Source: Anaerovoracaceae bacterium
GTDB lineage: Bacteria > Bacillota > Clostridia > Peptostreptococcales > Anaerovoracaceae
Assembly: GCA_050946655.1 (NCBI GenBank)
Contig: JBMNVE010000001.1
Location: forward strand, 54,364-118,363
Direction: 5' to 3'
DNA: 64,000 bases
The position numbers and the translations under genes were made by a program. The notes beneath the pieces were generated by a model, which was given only the letters and a program-made list of their open reading frames with translations, did not search any database and was not told where the DNA came from. Every line of letters begins with the position of its first letter. Within the stretch, counting starts at the first letter, position 1. Shown one piece after another: positions 47,558-56,841 of the stretch.

Positions 47558-48349
47558 CTATATGATGTGTCTTTCTTCCAACTTCTCCATGATCGCAGCC
47601 ACCGCTTCGTCCGGACTCAGATCCGTCAGGATCGTTCCTGCGCCCTTGGCTTCCTTGGTAAAGGACTTGTATACGTTGGTGGGAGAACCCTTCAGGCCGA
47701 TCTGCTCGATATCCAGCTTGTCCTTCAGGTCCTCATAGGTGATCACTTTGATCTCCTGGTTGTAGGCATCTACGATGCCCCCGGCATGCATGTATCTGGG
47801 CTCTGCCAGTTCCGTCAGTGCGGTGAGCAGGCAAGGCATCTTCACTTCCAGCACGTGATAACGGTCTTCGTACTGTCTCTTGACGTTGATCTTGCCATCT
47901 TCGATGCTGTAGATCTCCTCTGCATAGGACACTTGGGGGATCCCCAGGGTCTCTGCGATCTGCGGACCGACTTGCGCCGTGTCTCCGTCGATGGCCTGAC
48001 GACCGGTGATCACCAGGTCATATCCGATCTCATCCAGCGCCGTGGCGATGATCTTGGCGGTGGCCCATGTGTCCGATCCGCCGAACTCACGGGAAGACAG
48101 CAGGATGGCTTCATCGCATCCCATGGCCAAGGCTTCTCGCAAGGCCACATCTGCCTGGGGCGGTCCCATACAAACCACCGTTACGGTAGCATCATATTTT
48201 TCTTTCAATACCAGTGCCGCCTCGATCCCCGACTTGTCATCGTGGTTGATGATGCTGGGCACGCCTTCACGGATCAAGGTGTTGGTCACCGGGTCCAGTT
48301 TCACTTCATTGGTATCCGGTACTTGCTTTATGCAAACGACTATTTTCAT
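47558..48349 (-). CDS. etfB: Electron transfer flavoprotein subunit beta
   Basis: 263 aa. MKIVVCIKQVPDT is a canonical EtfB N-terminus. Confidence 0.93.
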   Translation of the reverse strand: MKIVVCIKQVPDTNEVKLDPVTNTLIREGVPSIINHDDKSGIEAALVLKEKYDATVTVVCMGPPQADVALREALAMGCDEAILLSSREFGGSDTWATAKIIATALDEIGYDLVITGRQAIDGDTAQVGPQIAETLGIPQVSYAEEIYSIEDGKINVKRQYEDRYHVLEVKMPCLLTALTELAEPRYMHAGGIVDAYNQEIKVITYEDLKDKLDIEQIGLKGSPTNVYKSFTKEAKGAGTILTDLSPDEAVAAIMEKLEERHII

Positions 48350-48380
48350 CGATTTTCTCCTTTCGTCTGGCTACTCTGCG

Positions 48381-49523
48381 TTAAAATATTTTCATCCCGC
48401 CGGCAATGACCATCCGCATGACCTCCGATGTCCCTTCGTAGATCTCCGTGATCTTGGCGTCTCTCAACGCTCTTTCCACCGGATATTCTCTGCAGTATCC
48501 GTATCCGCCCATCAACTGGACGCAGTCTCTGCAAACATCATTGGCCATCTTGGAGGCAAACAGTTTTGCCATGGCCGCATCGCTTCCGTAGTTTTCTTTG
48601 TTGTCCTTGGTTTTCGCCGCTCTCCAGGTCATCAGACGAGCTGCATCGATGTAGGTCTGCAGATCCGCGATCTTGAACTGGGTGTTCTGGAACTGGGAGA
48701 TCCTTCTGCCGAACTGCTTTCTTTCCTTCACATATTTGATGGCTTCATTGAGCGCTCCCTGAGCGATCCCCACCGACTGGGCTGCGATACCGATACGCCC
48801 GCCGTCCAAAGCTGCCATGGCGATCTTGAACCCTCTGCCTTCCTTGCCGATCAGCTGATCCTTGGGGATGCGCACGTTGTCGTAGCTCACTTCGCAGTTG
48901 GATGCCGCTCGGATACCCATCCGCTTGATGTTGGGCCCTACCGTCAGGCCGGGGGTGTCCTTGTCGATGACGAAGCAGGAGATCCCTCTGGTCCCCTGGG
49001 ATTTATCTGTCATGGCAAAGATGATGAAGGTGTCTGCAAAGCCGGAGTTGGTGGTGAAGATCTTCGTTCCGTTGATCACGTATTCGTCTCCGTCCAAAAC
49101 CGCCTTGGTCTGCTGACCGGCCGCATCACTTCCCGCGTTGGGCTCTGTCAGGCCGAAGCAGCCTGTTTTAGATCCGTCCACCAGCGGCCGCAGCCACTTT
49201 TGCTTCTGCTCTTCTGTGGCAAAGCTATCCAGGCATGAACACGCCAGGGATGTGTGCACAGAGATGGTGATCCCTGTGCTGGCATCGTGCTTTGAGATCT
49301 CTTCCATGGCCAGGGAGTACGCCAGATAGTCTCCGCCTACTCCGCCATAATCTTTGCTGTATGGGATTCCCATGATCCCGTAGCGATGCAGTTTCGCTAG
49401 CAGGTCCAGGTCGAACACTTCCGTTTCATCCATTTCTTCCGCCAATGGCTTTACTTCGTTTTCCGCAAACCGGCGAAACATTTCCTGTTGCAGCAGGTGG
49501 GTTTTTGAAAGCTTGAAATCCAT
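48381..49523 (-). CDS. bcd: Short-chain acyl-CoA (butyryl-CoA-type) dehydrogenase
   Basis: 380 aa. [20 protein letters not shown] and the catalytic-Glu context ITEIYEGTSE. It lies directly upstream of etfBA. Confidence 0.9.
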   Translation of the reverse strand: MDFKLSKTHLLQQEMFRRFAENEVKPLAEEMDETEVFDLDLLAKLHRYGIMGIPYSKDYGGVGGDYLAYSLAMEEISKHDASTGITISVHTSLACSCLDSFATEEQKQKWLRPLVDGSKTGCFGLTEPNAGSDAAGQQTKAVLDGDEYVINGTKIFTTNSGFADTFIIFAMTDKSQGTRGISCFVIDKDTPGLTVGPNIKRMGIRAASNCEVSYDNVRIPKDQLIGKEGRGFKIAMAALDGGRIGIAAQSVGIAQGALNEAIKYVKERKQFGRRISQFQNTQFKIADLQTYIDAARLMTWRAAKTKDNKENYGSDAAMAKLFASKMANDVCRDCVQLMGGYGYCREYPVERALRDAKITEIYEGTSEVMRMVIAGGMKIF

Positions 49524-49631
49524 AATTGTTTCTCCTCCTGTGTTTTCTCCTTTTACTGTGTAAAAATCCTTTATTGTTTAAGCGGCCCGAAGGCCGCATG
49601 AACAACCTTTTTACGGAGAACCTCTATCCGC

Positions 49632-50411
49632 TTATTTTTCTGCGAACTTAGGCTCTTCCTTGGCTAGGAATGCTTCCATCCCCGTGATTCTGTCCTCTGA
49701 ACAGAAGGTGTTTACCGCTATTTCCGCTTCATAGGAAACGCCGTTGCTTCTATCCATGTCCATTCCCTTATTGATTGCATTGATGGCCATTCTCACACCG
49801 ATAGGTGATTTGGTCATGATCTTCTTGGCAAAATCGATTGCCGCATCCACCAGTTCCTCAGGTGAAAATACTCTCTCAACCAGGCCAATCCTCAACGCTT
49901 CTTCTGCATCGATCATATCTGCGCTGCAGATGAGATACTTAGCCATTCCCTTGCCGACGATCCTGGGAAGTCTCTGGGTCCCGCCAAAGAACGGGAGGAT
50001 CCCCAGGTTTACTTCCGGCTGACCGAACTTGGCCTTTTCAGAAGCAAATCGGAAGTCGCAGGCCATGGCCAGTTCGTTTCCGCCGCCCAAAGCGAATCCG
50101 TTTACGGCAGCGATGACAACCTTATCGACATCTTCTATGAGATTCATCACTTCCTGACCGCGGAGAGCCATTTTTCGGATCTCCGGTGTGGACAACTTGA
50201 CCATTTCGGCAATATCCGCACCGGCAACAAAGGCACGACCTTCACCGGTCACAACAACTGCCTTCACTTCATCGTCATTCTTTATCTCAGTAAAGACTGC
50301 AAAAAGTTCATCCAGCAGCTCAGAGTTCAGTGCGTTCAAAGACTTGGGTCTTGTAATGGTAACAATTCCGACTCCATCTTTCTTTTCCATCGTTAAGTTA
50401 TTATAAGACAT
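49632..50411 (-). CDS. crt: Short-chain enoyl-CoA hydratase (crotonase)
   Basis: 259 aa. RPKSLNALN..VVVTGEGRAFVAGADI..GGGNELAMACD is the crotonase fold signature. Confidence 0.9.
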   Translation of the reverse strand: MSYNNLTMEKKDGVGIVTITRPKSLNALNSELLDELFAVFTEIKNDDEVKAVVVTGEGRAFVAGADIAEMVKLSTPEIRKMALRGQEVMNLIEDVDKVVIAAVNGFALGGGNELAMACDFRFASEKAKFGQPEVNLGILPFFGGTQRLPRIVGKGMAKYLICSADMIDAEEALRIGLVERVFSPEELVDAAIDFAKKIMTKSPIGVRMAINAINKGMDMDRSNGVSYEAEIAVNTFCSEDRITGMEAFLAKEEPKFAEK

Positions 50412-50459
50412 TATATACTCCTTTCCATTGAGGTGGTTAAAACATGATTTGAACCCTTG

Positions 50460-51644
50460 TTATTCAGACATGGATCTCTGGGTAAGTCCCTCCAGCCACA
50501 GTTCCTTATACAGGTTTTCAATATCATCCTGGTTAGGCGTTCTTCTTGTATTTCCGGGACTTCCGCTAGCCAAAGCATCCTTCGCCATCTTGGGGATGTG
50601 CTTGAAGAATTCCTTCTCTGTCACACCGCTGTCCTGGATCGTCTTGACATGAAGAGTTCTGAGAAGGGCGATGGTAGCTGTTACAAATGCATCAGCCGCC
50701 TCATCGTTGGTCATACCCTGGCGGAATACGCCGATGGTCTTGGCAAGCTCAGCCAATCTGGCAACTGCACCGGGCTTGATATACTTCAGGCAAACCGAAA
50801 GCAGGATAGCATTGGACTGTCCGTGAGGTACATGGAAGAGGGCGCCGATCGGACGGCTCATCCCGTGTACGATGGTCACCGATGCATTACTGAAGGCGAT
50901 CCCCGCTTCCAGTGCCGCAGTGGCCATTTCTCTTCTGGCGTTCATGTTGCTTCCGTTGGTGTATACTTCGTAAATGTTGTCAAATATCTTCTTGACGGCG
51001 GATTTCGCAAAGAGATCCGTCATGGGGAAGGCCTTGATGGATGTAAACGCTTCGATTGCATGAGTCAAAGCATCAACACCCGTGGCAACGGTTACTTCCG
51101 GGGGTACCGTCAGTGTAAACACCGGGTCCACAACCGCCAGGTCAGCCATCAATTTAGCATCATTGAGAAGCATCTTTACATCGGTATCCGTGTTGGTAAT
51201 GATGGAAACCTTTGTGGCCTCGGATCCTGTCCCTGCCGTTGTGGGAATAGCAACTGTGGGAGGAAGGCTCTTTTCGATCACCTTGCCCATGTACTCGGTG
51301 ATGCTCCCGCCGTTGGTCACAACTGCACCGATGGCCTTCATGGCATCCAGAGGGCTTCCGCCGCCGATGCCGATGAGGAAGTCGCATCCTTCTTCTCCGT
51401 ATATCTTTACCCCTTCATCGATCATGGAATGGGTTGGCTCCGTGTTGATCCCGGGGAAGATAACATATTTTTTGCCTATTCTGTCCAGCTCATCTGTCAG
51501 TTTTTTTACATTTCCGAATTTCACCATGGCTTCGTCCGTAACGACCAAGGCCTTCTCTCCGTAAGCGTTCATGTAGTCCATGCTCATCTGGATGGCGTTC
51601 TCTCCGGTGATAATGTTTTGGGGAATGAAAAATAAATTTGCCAT
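50460..51644 (-). CDS. Iron-containing (group III) alcohol dehydrogenase, substrate unknown
   Basis: GIGGGSPLDAMKA, PTTAGTGSE and GVDALTHAIEA..HGMSRPIG..HVPHG are Fe-ADH motifs. Start at ATG 51644 (MANLFFIP) after a GGAGGT RBS. Confidence 0.85.
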   Translation of the reverse strand: MANLFFIPQNIITGENAIQMSMDYMNAYGEKALVVTDEAMVKFGNVKKLTDELDRIGKKYVIFPGINTEPTHSMIDEGVKIYGEEGCDFLIGIGGGSPLDAMKAIGAVVTNGGSITEYMGKVIEKSLPPTVAIPTTAGTGSEATKVSIITNTDTDVKMLLNDAKLMADLAVVDPVFTLTVPPEVTVATGVDALTHAIEAFTSIKAFPMTDLFAKSAVKKIFDNIYEVYTNGSNMNARREMATAALEAGIAFSNASVTIVHGMSRPIGALFHVPHGQSNAILLSVCLKYIKPGAVARLAELAKTIGVFRQGMTNDEAADAFVTATIALLRTLHVKTIQDSGVTEKEFFKHIPKMAKDALASGSPGNTRRTPNQDDIENLYKELWLEGLTQRSMSE

Positions 51645-51707
51645 TTTGATTTTTACCTCCATATAGTAAATCATTGAATATGTTACTCAATAGCTTTTAA
51701 CGTTACC

Positions 51708-53267
51708 TTACTCCCCTCCTTTCAGATTCATCACTTCATCCTTAAAGATACGTTCGTCCATGATCTTCAGGTTCTCGTCTATTTTTGGCTTGAAGTCCAT
51801 TTGACCCAACACCTGTGTTTCCAAATCGATTCCCGGCGCGATCTCCGTTAGGTACAGGCCGTCATCTCTCAGTTCAAATACAGCACGTTCCGTGATGTAC
51901 ATGACCTTCTGCCCGATTTTCTGAGCGTATTCGCCACTGAAGGTGATCTGTTCCACCTCTTCTTTGAACTTGCTCATCTTTCCTTCAGTTGTGATCTCCA
52001 GTTTGCCGTCCCCTGTGGCGACTTTCAGACCGCCTGCAGTAAAGGTCCCGCAGAAGAAAACTTCCTTTGCATTCTGAGTGATGTTGATGAAGCCACCGCA
52101 ACCGGAAAGTCTGGGCCCAAACTTACTTACGTTGATATTCCCCATGGCGTCCATCTGGGCCAGACCCAGGAAAGCCAGGTCAATACCGCCGCCATCATAG
52201 AAGTCAAACTGTTCGTGATGAGCCAGGATACATTCCGGGTTTACCGCCGCACCGAACCGGATGCCGCCGGAAGGCACGCCACCAATGGGACCGGCTTCTA
52301 CCGTCAGGGTCATATAATCGCCGATGCCTTCTTCGTTGGCCACTGCTGAGATGAACTCGGGAATACCGATACCTAAATTGACAATGGTATCCTCTCGCAG
52401 TTCCATGGCTGCTCTCCTTCCGATGATCTTCTTTGCGGAAAGAGGAGGTGCCGGAATGCTGCTGAGGGGTATCTTCACCTCTCCTGTGAGAGAGGGATCA
52501 AATTCACAGTCGTATGTCTGCTGGTGATCCTTGGGGTCGGAAATCACTAAAGCATCTACATATATTCTGGGGATTTTGACCATTCTCGGGTCAAGGCTCC
52601 CGCCTTCTACGATTTTTTCCACCTGAACGATGACCTTACCGCCGGTGTTCTTGGCCGCTTGAGCCAAGGCCGTTACTTCTCCTTCGGCCACTTCCCTGTG
52701 CATGGTCACGTTGCCGTATTCGTCCGCATAGGAACCTCTAATAAAGGCTACGTCGATGGGGAAGGACTTATACAGCAATTTCTCTTCTCCCAGCACATCA
52801 ATCAACTCAACGATATTCTCCTTGGTAATGTCATTGAGCTTTCCGCCCCCGTTTCTGGGGTCTACAAATGTATTGAGTCCTACATGGGTAATGGTTCCGG
52901 GTCTTCCCGCCGCAATGTCCCTGCAAAGCTGTGAGAGGGTTCCCTGGGGAAGGTTGTAACCTTCGATCTCATTGTTCATGATCAGTTCACCCAAGGTGGC
53001 TGCAGTGTTGTAGTGACCTGCGATCACACGCTTGGTCATCCCTTTATGGGCTACATGATCACCACCGCGGCCATCTCTGTTTCCTTGAGACCCTGCATAG
53101 AAGTAAGTGATCCCCTTGGGGCTCCCCGTATCCAGGAACCTCTGTTCCATGGCTCCAATGAGGGATTCAGGAATTGCACTGCTGACAAATCCACTAGATG
53201 CGACGGTCATTCCGTCCTGGACCATTTCAGCGGCTTCCTGTGGAGTAATAACCTTTGCTTTCTTCAT
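51708..53267 (-). CDS. Family I acyl-CoA:carboxylate CoA-transferase, fused alpha/beta type (propionate/acetate CoA-transferase, Pct/YdiF-like)
   Basis: ~519 aa. MKKAKVITPQEAAEMVQDGMTVASSGF is a Pct/YdiF-like N-terminus. Start at ATG 53267 after an AGGAGAAG RBS. Confidence 0.85.
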   Translation of the reverse strand: MKKAKVITPQEAAEMVQDGMTVASSGFVSSAIPESLIGAMEQRFLDTGSPKGITYFYAGSQGNRDGRGGDHVAHKGMTKRVIAGHYNTAATLGELIMNNEIEGYNLPQGTLSQLCRDIAAGRPGTITHVGLNTFVDPRNGGGKLNDITKENIVELIDVLGEEKLLYKSFPIDVAFIRGSYADEYGNVTMHREVAEGEVTALAQAAKNTGGKVIVQVEKIVEGGSLDPRMVKIPRIYVDALVISDPKDHQQTYDCEFDPSLTGEVKIPLSSIPAPPLSAKKIIGRRAAMELREDTIVNLGIGIPEFISAVANEEGIGDYMTLTVEAGPIGGVPSGGIRFGAAVNPECILAHHEQFDFYDGGGIDLAFLGLAQMDAMGNINVSKFGPRLSGCGGFINITQNAKEVFFCGTFTAGGLKVATGDGKLEITTEGKMSKFKEEVEQITFSGEYAQKIGQKVMYITERAVFELRDDGLYLTEIAPGIDLETQVLGQMDFKPKIDENLKIMDERIFKDEVMNLKGGE

Positions 53268-53289
53268 ATCATCTTCTCCTAACATAACG

Positions 53290-53318
53290 TTTTCTGAAAT
53301 CCATTATTGTTCAGAAAA
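53290..53318. promoter_or_regulatory. Inverted repeat in the 5' leader of the CoA-transferase operon
   Basis: TTTTCTGAA-11 nt-TTCAGAAAA, located 23 nt upstream of the start codon, next to the RBS. Confidence 0.4.
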
Positions 53319-53778
53319 TTGAAATATAATTATGCTACTATAGCAAGTGTAACACCCTGTTAAGCTTTTGACAACCTAAGTTTGTTAAAAAACTGTTTTT
53401 TGTTTTATTGTATTTTTTTTGAAACTTGTTTTTTATCGCCCTATCGTTGAAAACTGAACAATCCCCCATTTTTCAGTGATAATCTTGTATACAATACACA
53501 TGATTCCTCTTTTGCAAAAATATCGTTATTTAATTAACAATTCCTATTTCCTACCTTTTTGGAATGATTTTCATTTCCTGTTTCTGCCATTTTTTTTGGC
53601 GTTTTTTTCATAAAAACCACAGTGAATTTACCATGATTTTCCAAACCGGGGCCAGGTCTATAGCGTGTTCACTAGTTTTTTAAGATGTTATAGGCAAATT
53701 TCAAGCACCAAACAGGTTCGATCAGGCGGGAATTACTTGTATTACGACGATGATTATGATATCTTTATCTGCAAATGC

Positions 53779-53794
53779 AACTGACAAGACAGTT
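53779..53794. promoter_or_regulatory. Candidate NiaR operator upstream of nadA
   Basis: AACTG-ACAAGA-CAGTT palindrome. Its core, TGTCTTGTCA on the opposite strand, resembles the TGTCTTGACA-type core I recall for NiaR boxes in Firmicutes. It ends 12 nt before the nadA ATG. Confidence 0.4.
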
Positions 53795-53806
53795 AAGAGG
53801 AGTGAA

Positions 53807-54712
53807 ATGGATCACAAAAAAGCGATCGATGAATTGCGCAAAGAAAAGAATATATTGATATTAGCCCACTACTATGTGGACGGTGAATTGCAGGACATTG
53901 CGGATATTGTGGGAGATTCCTACCAGCTGGCCAAGGAGGCACAAGAGACCGATAAGGATATCATCTGCTTTCTTGGAGTGAACTTTATGGGCGAAAGTGC
54001 AAAAATACTCAGCCCGGACAAAAAGGTCATCATGCCGGATCTTTCGGCCGATTGCCCCATGGCCCATATGGTCACGGTGGAAAAGATCCGGGAAATGCGG
54101 GACAAGTACGAGGACCTTGCCGTTGTGGCATACGTAAATACGACAGCTGAGATCAAGACAGCAGCCGATGTCTGTGTGACATCTTCCAACGGAGAAAAGA
54201 TTGTCGGCGCTCTTCCCAACAAGAATATCTTCTTTGTGCCCGATCGGAATCTAGGCAGTTATATTGCCGGCAAATTGGAGGACAAGAACATCGTCTGCAA
54301 CGATGGTTACTGCCCCATTCACAACCGGATCACCAAAGAAGAAGTAGCAAGGCAAGTGGAGAAGCATCCAAAGGCTAAGGTCTGTATCCATCCGGAGAGC
54401 CCTCCGGAAACCCTGCCCTATGGCGACTGCATCGGCTCTACGGCCATGCTTCTGGAGTATGTGAAGACATCTCCTGCCAAGGAGTTCATTATCGTGACAG
54501 AAGAAGGTATCCTTCATCAAATGAAGAAATATCGGCCCGATGCTACGTTTTATCTGCCCAGAAAGAATCAAGTCTGTGAAGACATGAAGTTCAACACGGT
54601 GGAAAAATTATATCAATGTCTAAAGGATGAAACCGGTGAAATTGTTTTAGACGATGAAACCATCAGAAAGGCAACTGATTCTCTGGAGAAAATGATGGAG
54701 CTGAGCAAGTGA
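53807..54712 (+). CDS. nadA: Quinolinate synthase
   Basis: MDHKKAIDELRKEKNILILAHYY.. is a NadA type N-terminus. An AAGAGGAG RBS precedes ATG 53807, and the track start 53750 has none. Confidence 0.93.
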   Translation: MDHKKAIDELRKEKNILILAHYYVDGELQDIADIVGDSYQLAKEAQETDKDIICFLGVNFMGESAKILSPDKKVIMPDLSADCPMAHMVTVEKIREMRDKYEDLAVVAYVNTTAEIKTAADVCVTSSNGEKIVGALPNKNIFFVPDRNLGSYIAGKLEDKNIVCNDGYCPIHNRITKEEVARQVEKHPKAKVCIHPESPPETLPYGDCIGSTAMLLEYVKTSPAKEFIIVTEEGILHQMKKYRPDATFYLPRKNQVCEDMKFNTVEKLYQCLKDETGEIVLDDETIRKATDSLEKMMELSK

Positions 54713-56013
54713 AGGAATACTATGATGTAGTGATCGTCGGAACAGGACTAGCCGGACTTTCCTGTGCACTACATCTGAGTGAAGATAAGTCCGTCGCCCT
54801 CCTTGCTAAAGAAGATGTCTTTGACTGCGATTCCTATCTTGCCCAAGGAGGGATATCCGCTTTACATGGAGATGAAAACCCGGAGGACTATGTTCAAGAC
54901 ACCTTGAAAGCCGGCCATTACCGGGGAAATCGGGAGGTGGTGCAGCAAGTTGTACTGGCATCTCCTCTCGTGATCCGTGAACTGATCTCTTTCGGTGTTC
55001 CCTTCAATCAAAAGAAGGACGGTTCCTACCACCTCCATCGAGAAGGTGGCCACCGGCGAGAGCGGATCTACCATTCAGAAGACTATACCGGCAAAGCCAT
55101 CATCGACACCCTCTACGGACAGGTGGAAAAAAGAGATCATATCCACATCCTTCCCCATTGCATCTGCTATGATCTGCTGGTGGCAGATGACACTTGCCGA
55201 GGAGTTCAGGTAAAGACAGGGGATGACTACAGGGTGATCTATGCCGGGGAAGTGATCCTGGCCACCGGCGGGATCGGAGGGATCTTCCCATCCTCAACAA
55301 ATTTTCCGTCTCTCACGGGAGACGGCCTTGCCATGGCTTTGAAATACAAAGTTCCGGTGGACAACATCCACTGGATCCAGATCCACCCTACCGTTTTCTA
55401 TAAAAAAGGGCCCGGTCGGAAGCTACTGATCACCGAAGCCATCCGGGGAGAAGGCGGTATCATACTGAACCACCGAGGGGAACGCTTCGTAGACGAACTG
55501 CAGCCACGGGACGTGGTGACCGGTGCCATTCTCGAAGAACAACTGAAGGATGACAAGGATCATGTCTATCTTTCTTTGGAGAAGATACCGAAGAAGATCA
55601 TTGTAGAAAAATACCCCACCATATACAACGGTTGTTTGGAGCGGGGCATAGATATCACCCGTGAGCCCATTCCTATTTCTCCCGGGCAGCACTATCACAT
55701 GGGCGGTATCGCAGTGGATATCTACGGGAGGACGGCCATGCCCGGGTTGTATGCCATCGGCGAAGTGGCTTCTACGGGTCTTCACGGCAAAAATCGGCTT
55801 GCCTCCAATTCCCTTCTGGAAGCCTATTTCTACGGAAAGTCAGCGGCGGAACACATCAATGAGAGCATCAAGGATAAAGGGAAGTTTCCAAAGCCATCCC
55901 ACCACGATAGTAGCAAAGGAAGGCTGGCGGAATACAAGGATATGCTGATCAACGAAATCAAGAGAAAGGATGTACACTTCTATGAACAATGGCTTGCTGA
56001 TAAAGATGCGTAA
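54709..56013 (+). CDS. nadB: L-aspartate oxidase
   Basis: 434 aa. DVVIVGTGLAGLS is the FAD motif. GTG start overlapping the nadA stop. Confidence 0.92.
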   Translation: MKEYYDVVIVGTGLAGLSCALHLSEDKSVALLAKEDVFDCDSYLAQGGISALHGDENPEDYVQDTLKAGHYRGNREVVQQVVLASPLVIRELISFGVPFNQKKDGSYHLHREGGHRRERIYHSEDYTGKAIIDTLYGQVEKRDHIHILPHCICYDLLVADDTCRGVQVKTGDDYRVIYAGEVILATGGIGGIFPSSTNFPSLTGDGLAMALKYKVPVDNIHWIQIHPTVFYKKGPGRKLLITEAIRGEGGIILNHRGERFVDELQPRDVVTGAILEEQLKDDKDHVYLSLEKIPKKIIVEKYPTIYNGCLERGIDITREPIPISPGQHYHMGGIAVDIYGRTAMPGLYAIGEVASTGLHGKNRLASNSLLEAYFYGKSAAEHINESIKDKGKFPKPSHHDSSKGRLAEYKDMLINEIKRKDVHFYEQWLADKDA

Positions 56014-56839
56014 AACCATAGAGTTGGCCCTGCTGGAGGACATGGATCACGGGGATCACTCTTCTTGGGGGATATTTGACGAGACCCAAAAGGCAACGGT
56101 GGACTTGACCGCCAAGGAAGATGGTATTTTGTGTGGGATCCAAGTCTTTGCGGAAACTTTTTACCTGCTGGATCCCGAGACGGAAGTCCAATTGTTTTCC
56201 CATGATGGGGATGCCATCCAAAAGGGCGATCTCATCGGAAAGGTCACCGGTACTGTACCCACCCTTCTTTCCGCAGAGCGAGTTGCATTGAACTTCCTGG
56301 GGAGGATGAGCGGCATCGCTACGGCCACCGGCAAAATGGCAAAGCGCCTGGATGGAACAAAAACAAGGATCACCGATACTCGAAAGACTGCACCCGGCCT
56401 GCGTATCTTCGACAAATATGCCGTAACCGTAGGGGGCGGAGTCAATCATCGATACAATCTTTCTTCCGGTGTCATGCTTAAGGATAACCATATTGCCGCT
56501 GCGGGGAGCATCAAAAAAGCGGTGGAAAAGGTCAGAGAGAAAGTGTCCTTCATGACAAAGATCGAGGTGGAAGCGGAAAACTTGGACATGGTGAAAGAAG
56601 CTCTGGAAACAGGCTGTGATGTGATCATGCTGGATAACATGGATGTCCCCACCATGAAAGAAGCCGTCGACCTCATCGGCGATAGAGCGCTGGTAGAAAT
56701 CTCCGGGAATGTGACGGAAGAAAACCTCTCTACTTATGCGAATCTCGGTGCAGATGTGATTTCTTCAGGCGCCATCACTCACTCGGTGAAGGTCCTTGAT
56801 CTGTCCATGAAGAATATGAGAATATTGGAGGGGAGATAG
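56006..56839 (+). CDS. nadC: Nicotinate-nucleotide pyrophosphorylase (carboxylating)
   Basis: MRKTIELALLEDMDHGD.. is a typical NadC N-terminus. Also TDTRKTAPGLR and LDNM. ATG 56006 overlaps the nadB stop by 8 nt. Confidence 0.92.
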   Translation: MRKTIELALLEDMDHGDHSSWGIFDETQKATVDLTAKEDGILCGIQVFAETFYLLDPETEVQLFSHDGDAIQKGDLIGKVTGTVPTLLSAERVALNFLGRMSGIATATGKMAKRLDGTKTRITDTRKTAPGLRIFDKYAVTVGGGVNHRYNLSSGVMLKDNHIAAAGSIKKAVEKVREKVSFMTKIEVEAENLDMVKEALETGCDVIMLDNMDVPTMKEAVDLIGDRALVEISGNVTEENLSTYANLGADVISSGAITHSVKVLDLSMKNMRILEGR

Positions 56840-56841
56840 AT

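Noticed and set aside
48006-49238. 410-aa plus-strand ORF, and similar ones at 46666-47565, 47567-48409 and 50457-51635
   Set aside because: They are antisense shadows of etfA, etfB, bcd and the Fe-ADH, with R/G/H-rich composition and no start context.
49582-49597. GCGGCC-CGAA-GGCCGC hairpin between crt and bcd
   Set aside because: There is no U-tract on the transcribed (minus) strand. It is probably just an intercistronic stabilising stem, with not enough evidence for an attenuator.
53523-53540. Rex-like site TCGTTATTTAATTAACAA upstream of the CoA-transferase/bcd operon
   Set aside because: Only one half-site (TTAACAA) matches the TTGTTAA-N4-TTAACAA consensus I recall, and the other half matches 5 of 7. 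In a 520-bp AT-rich region this is within chance expectation without a PWM score.
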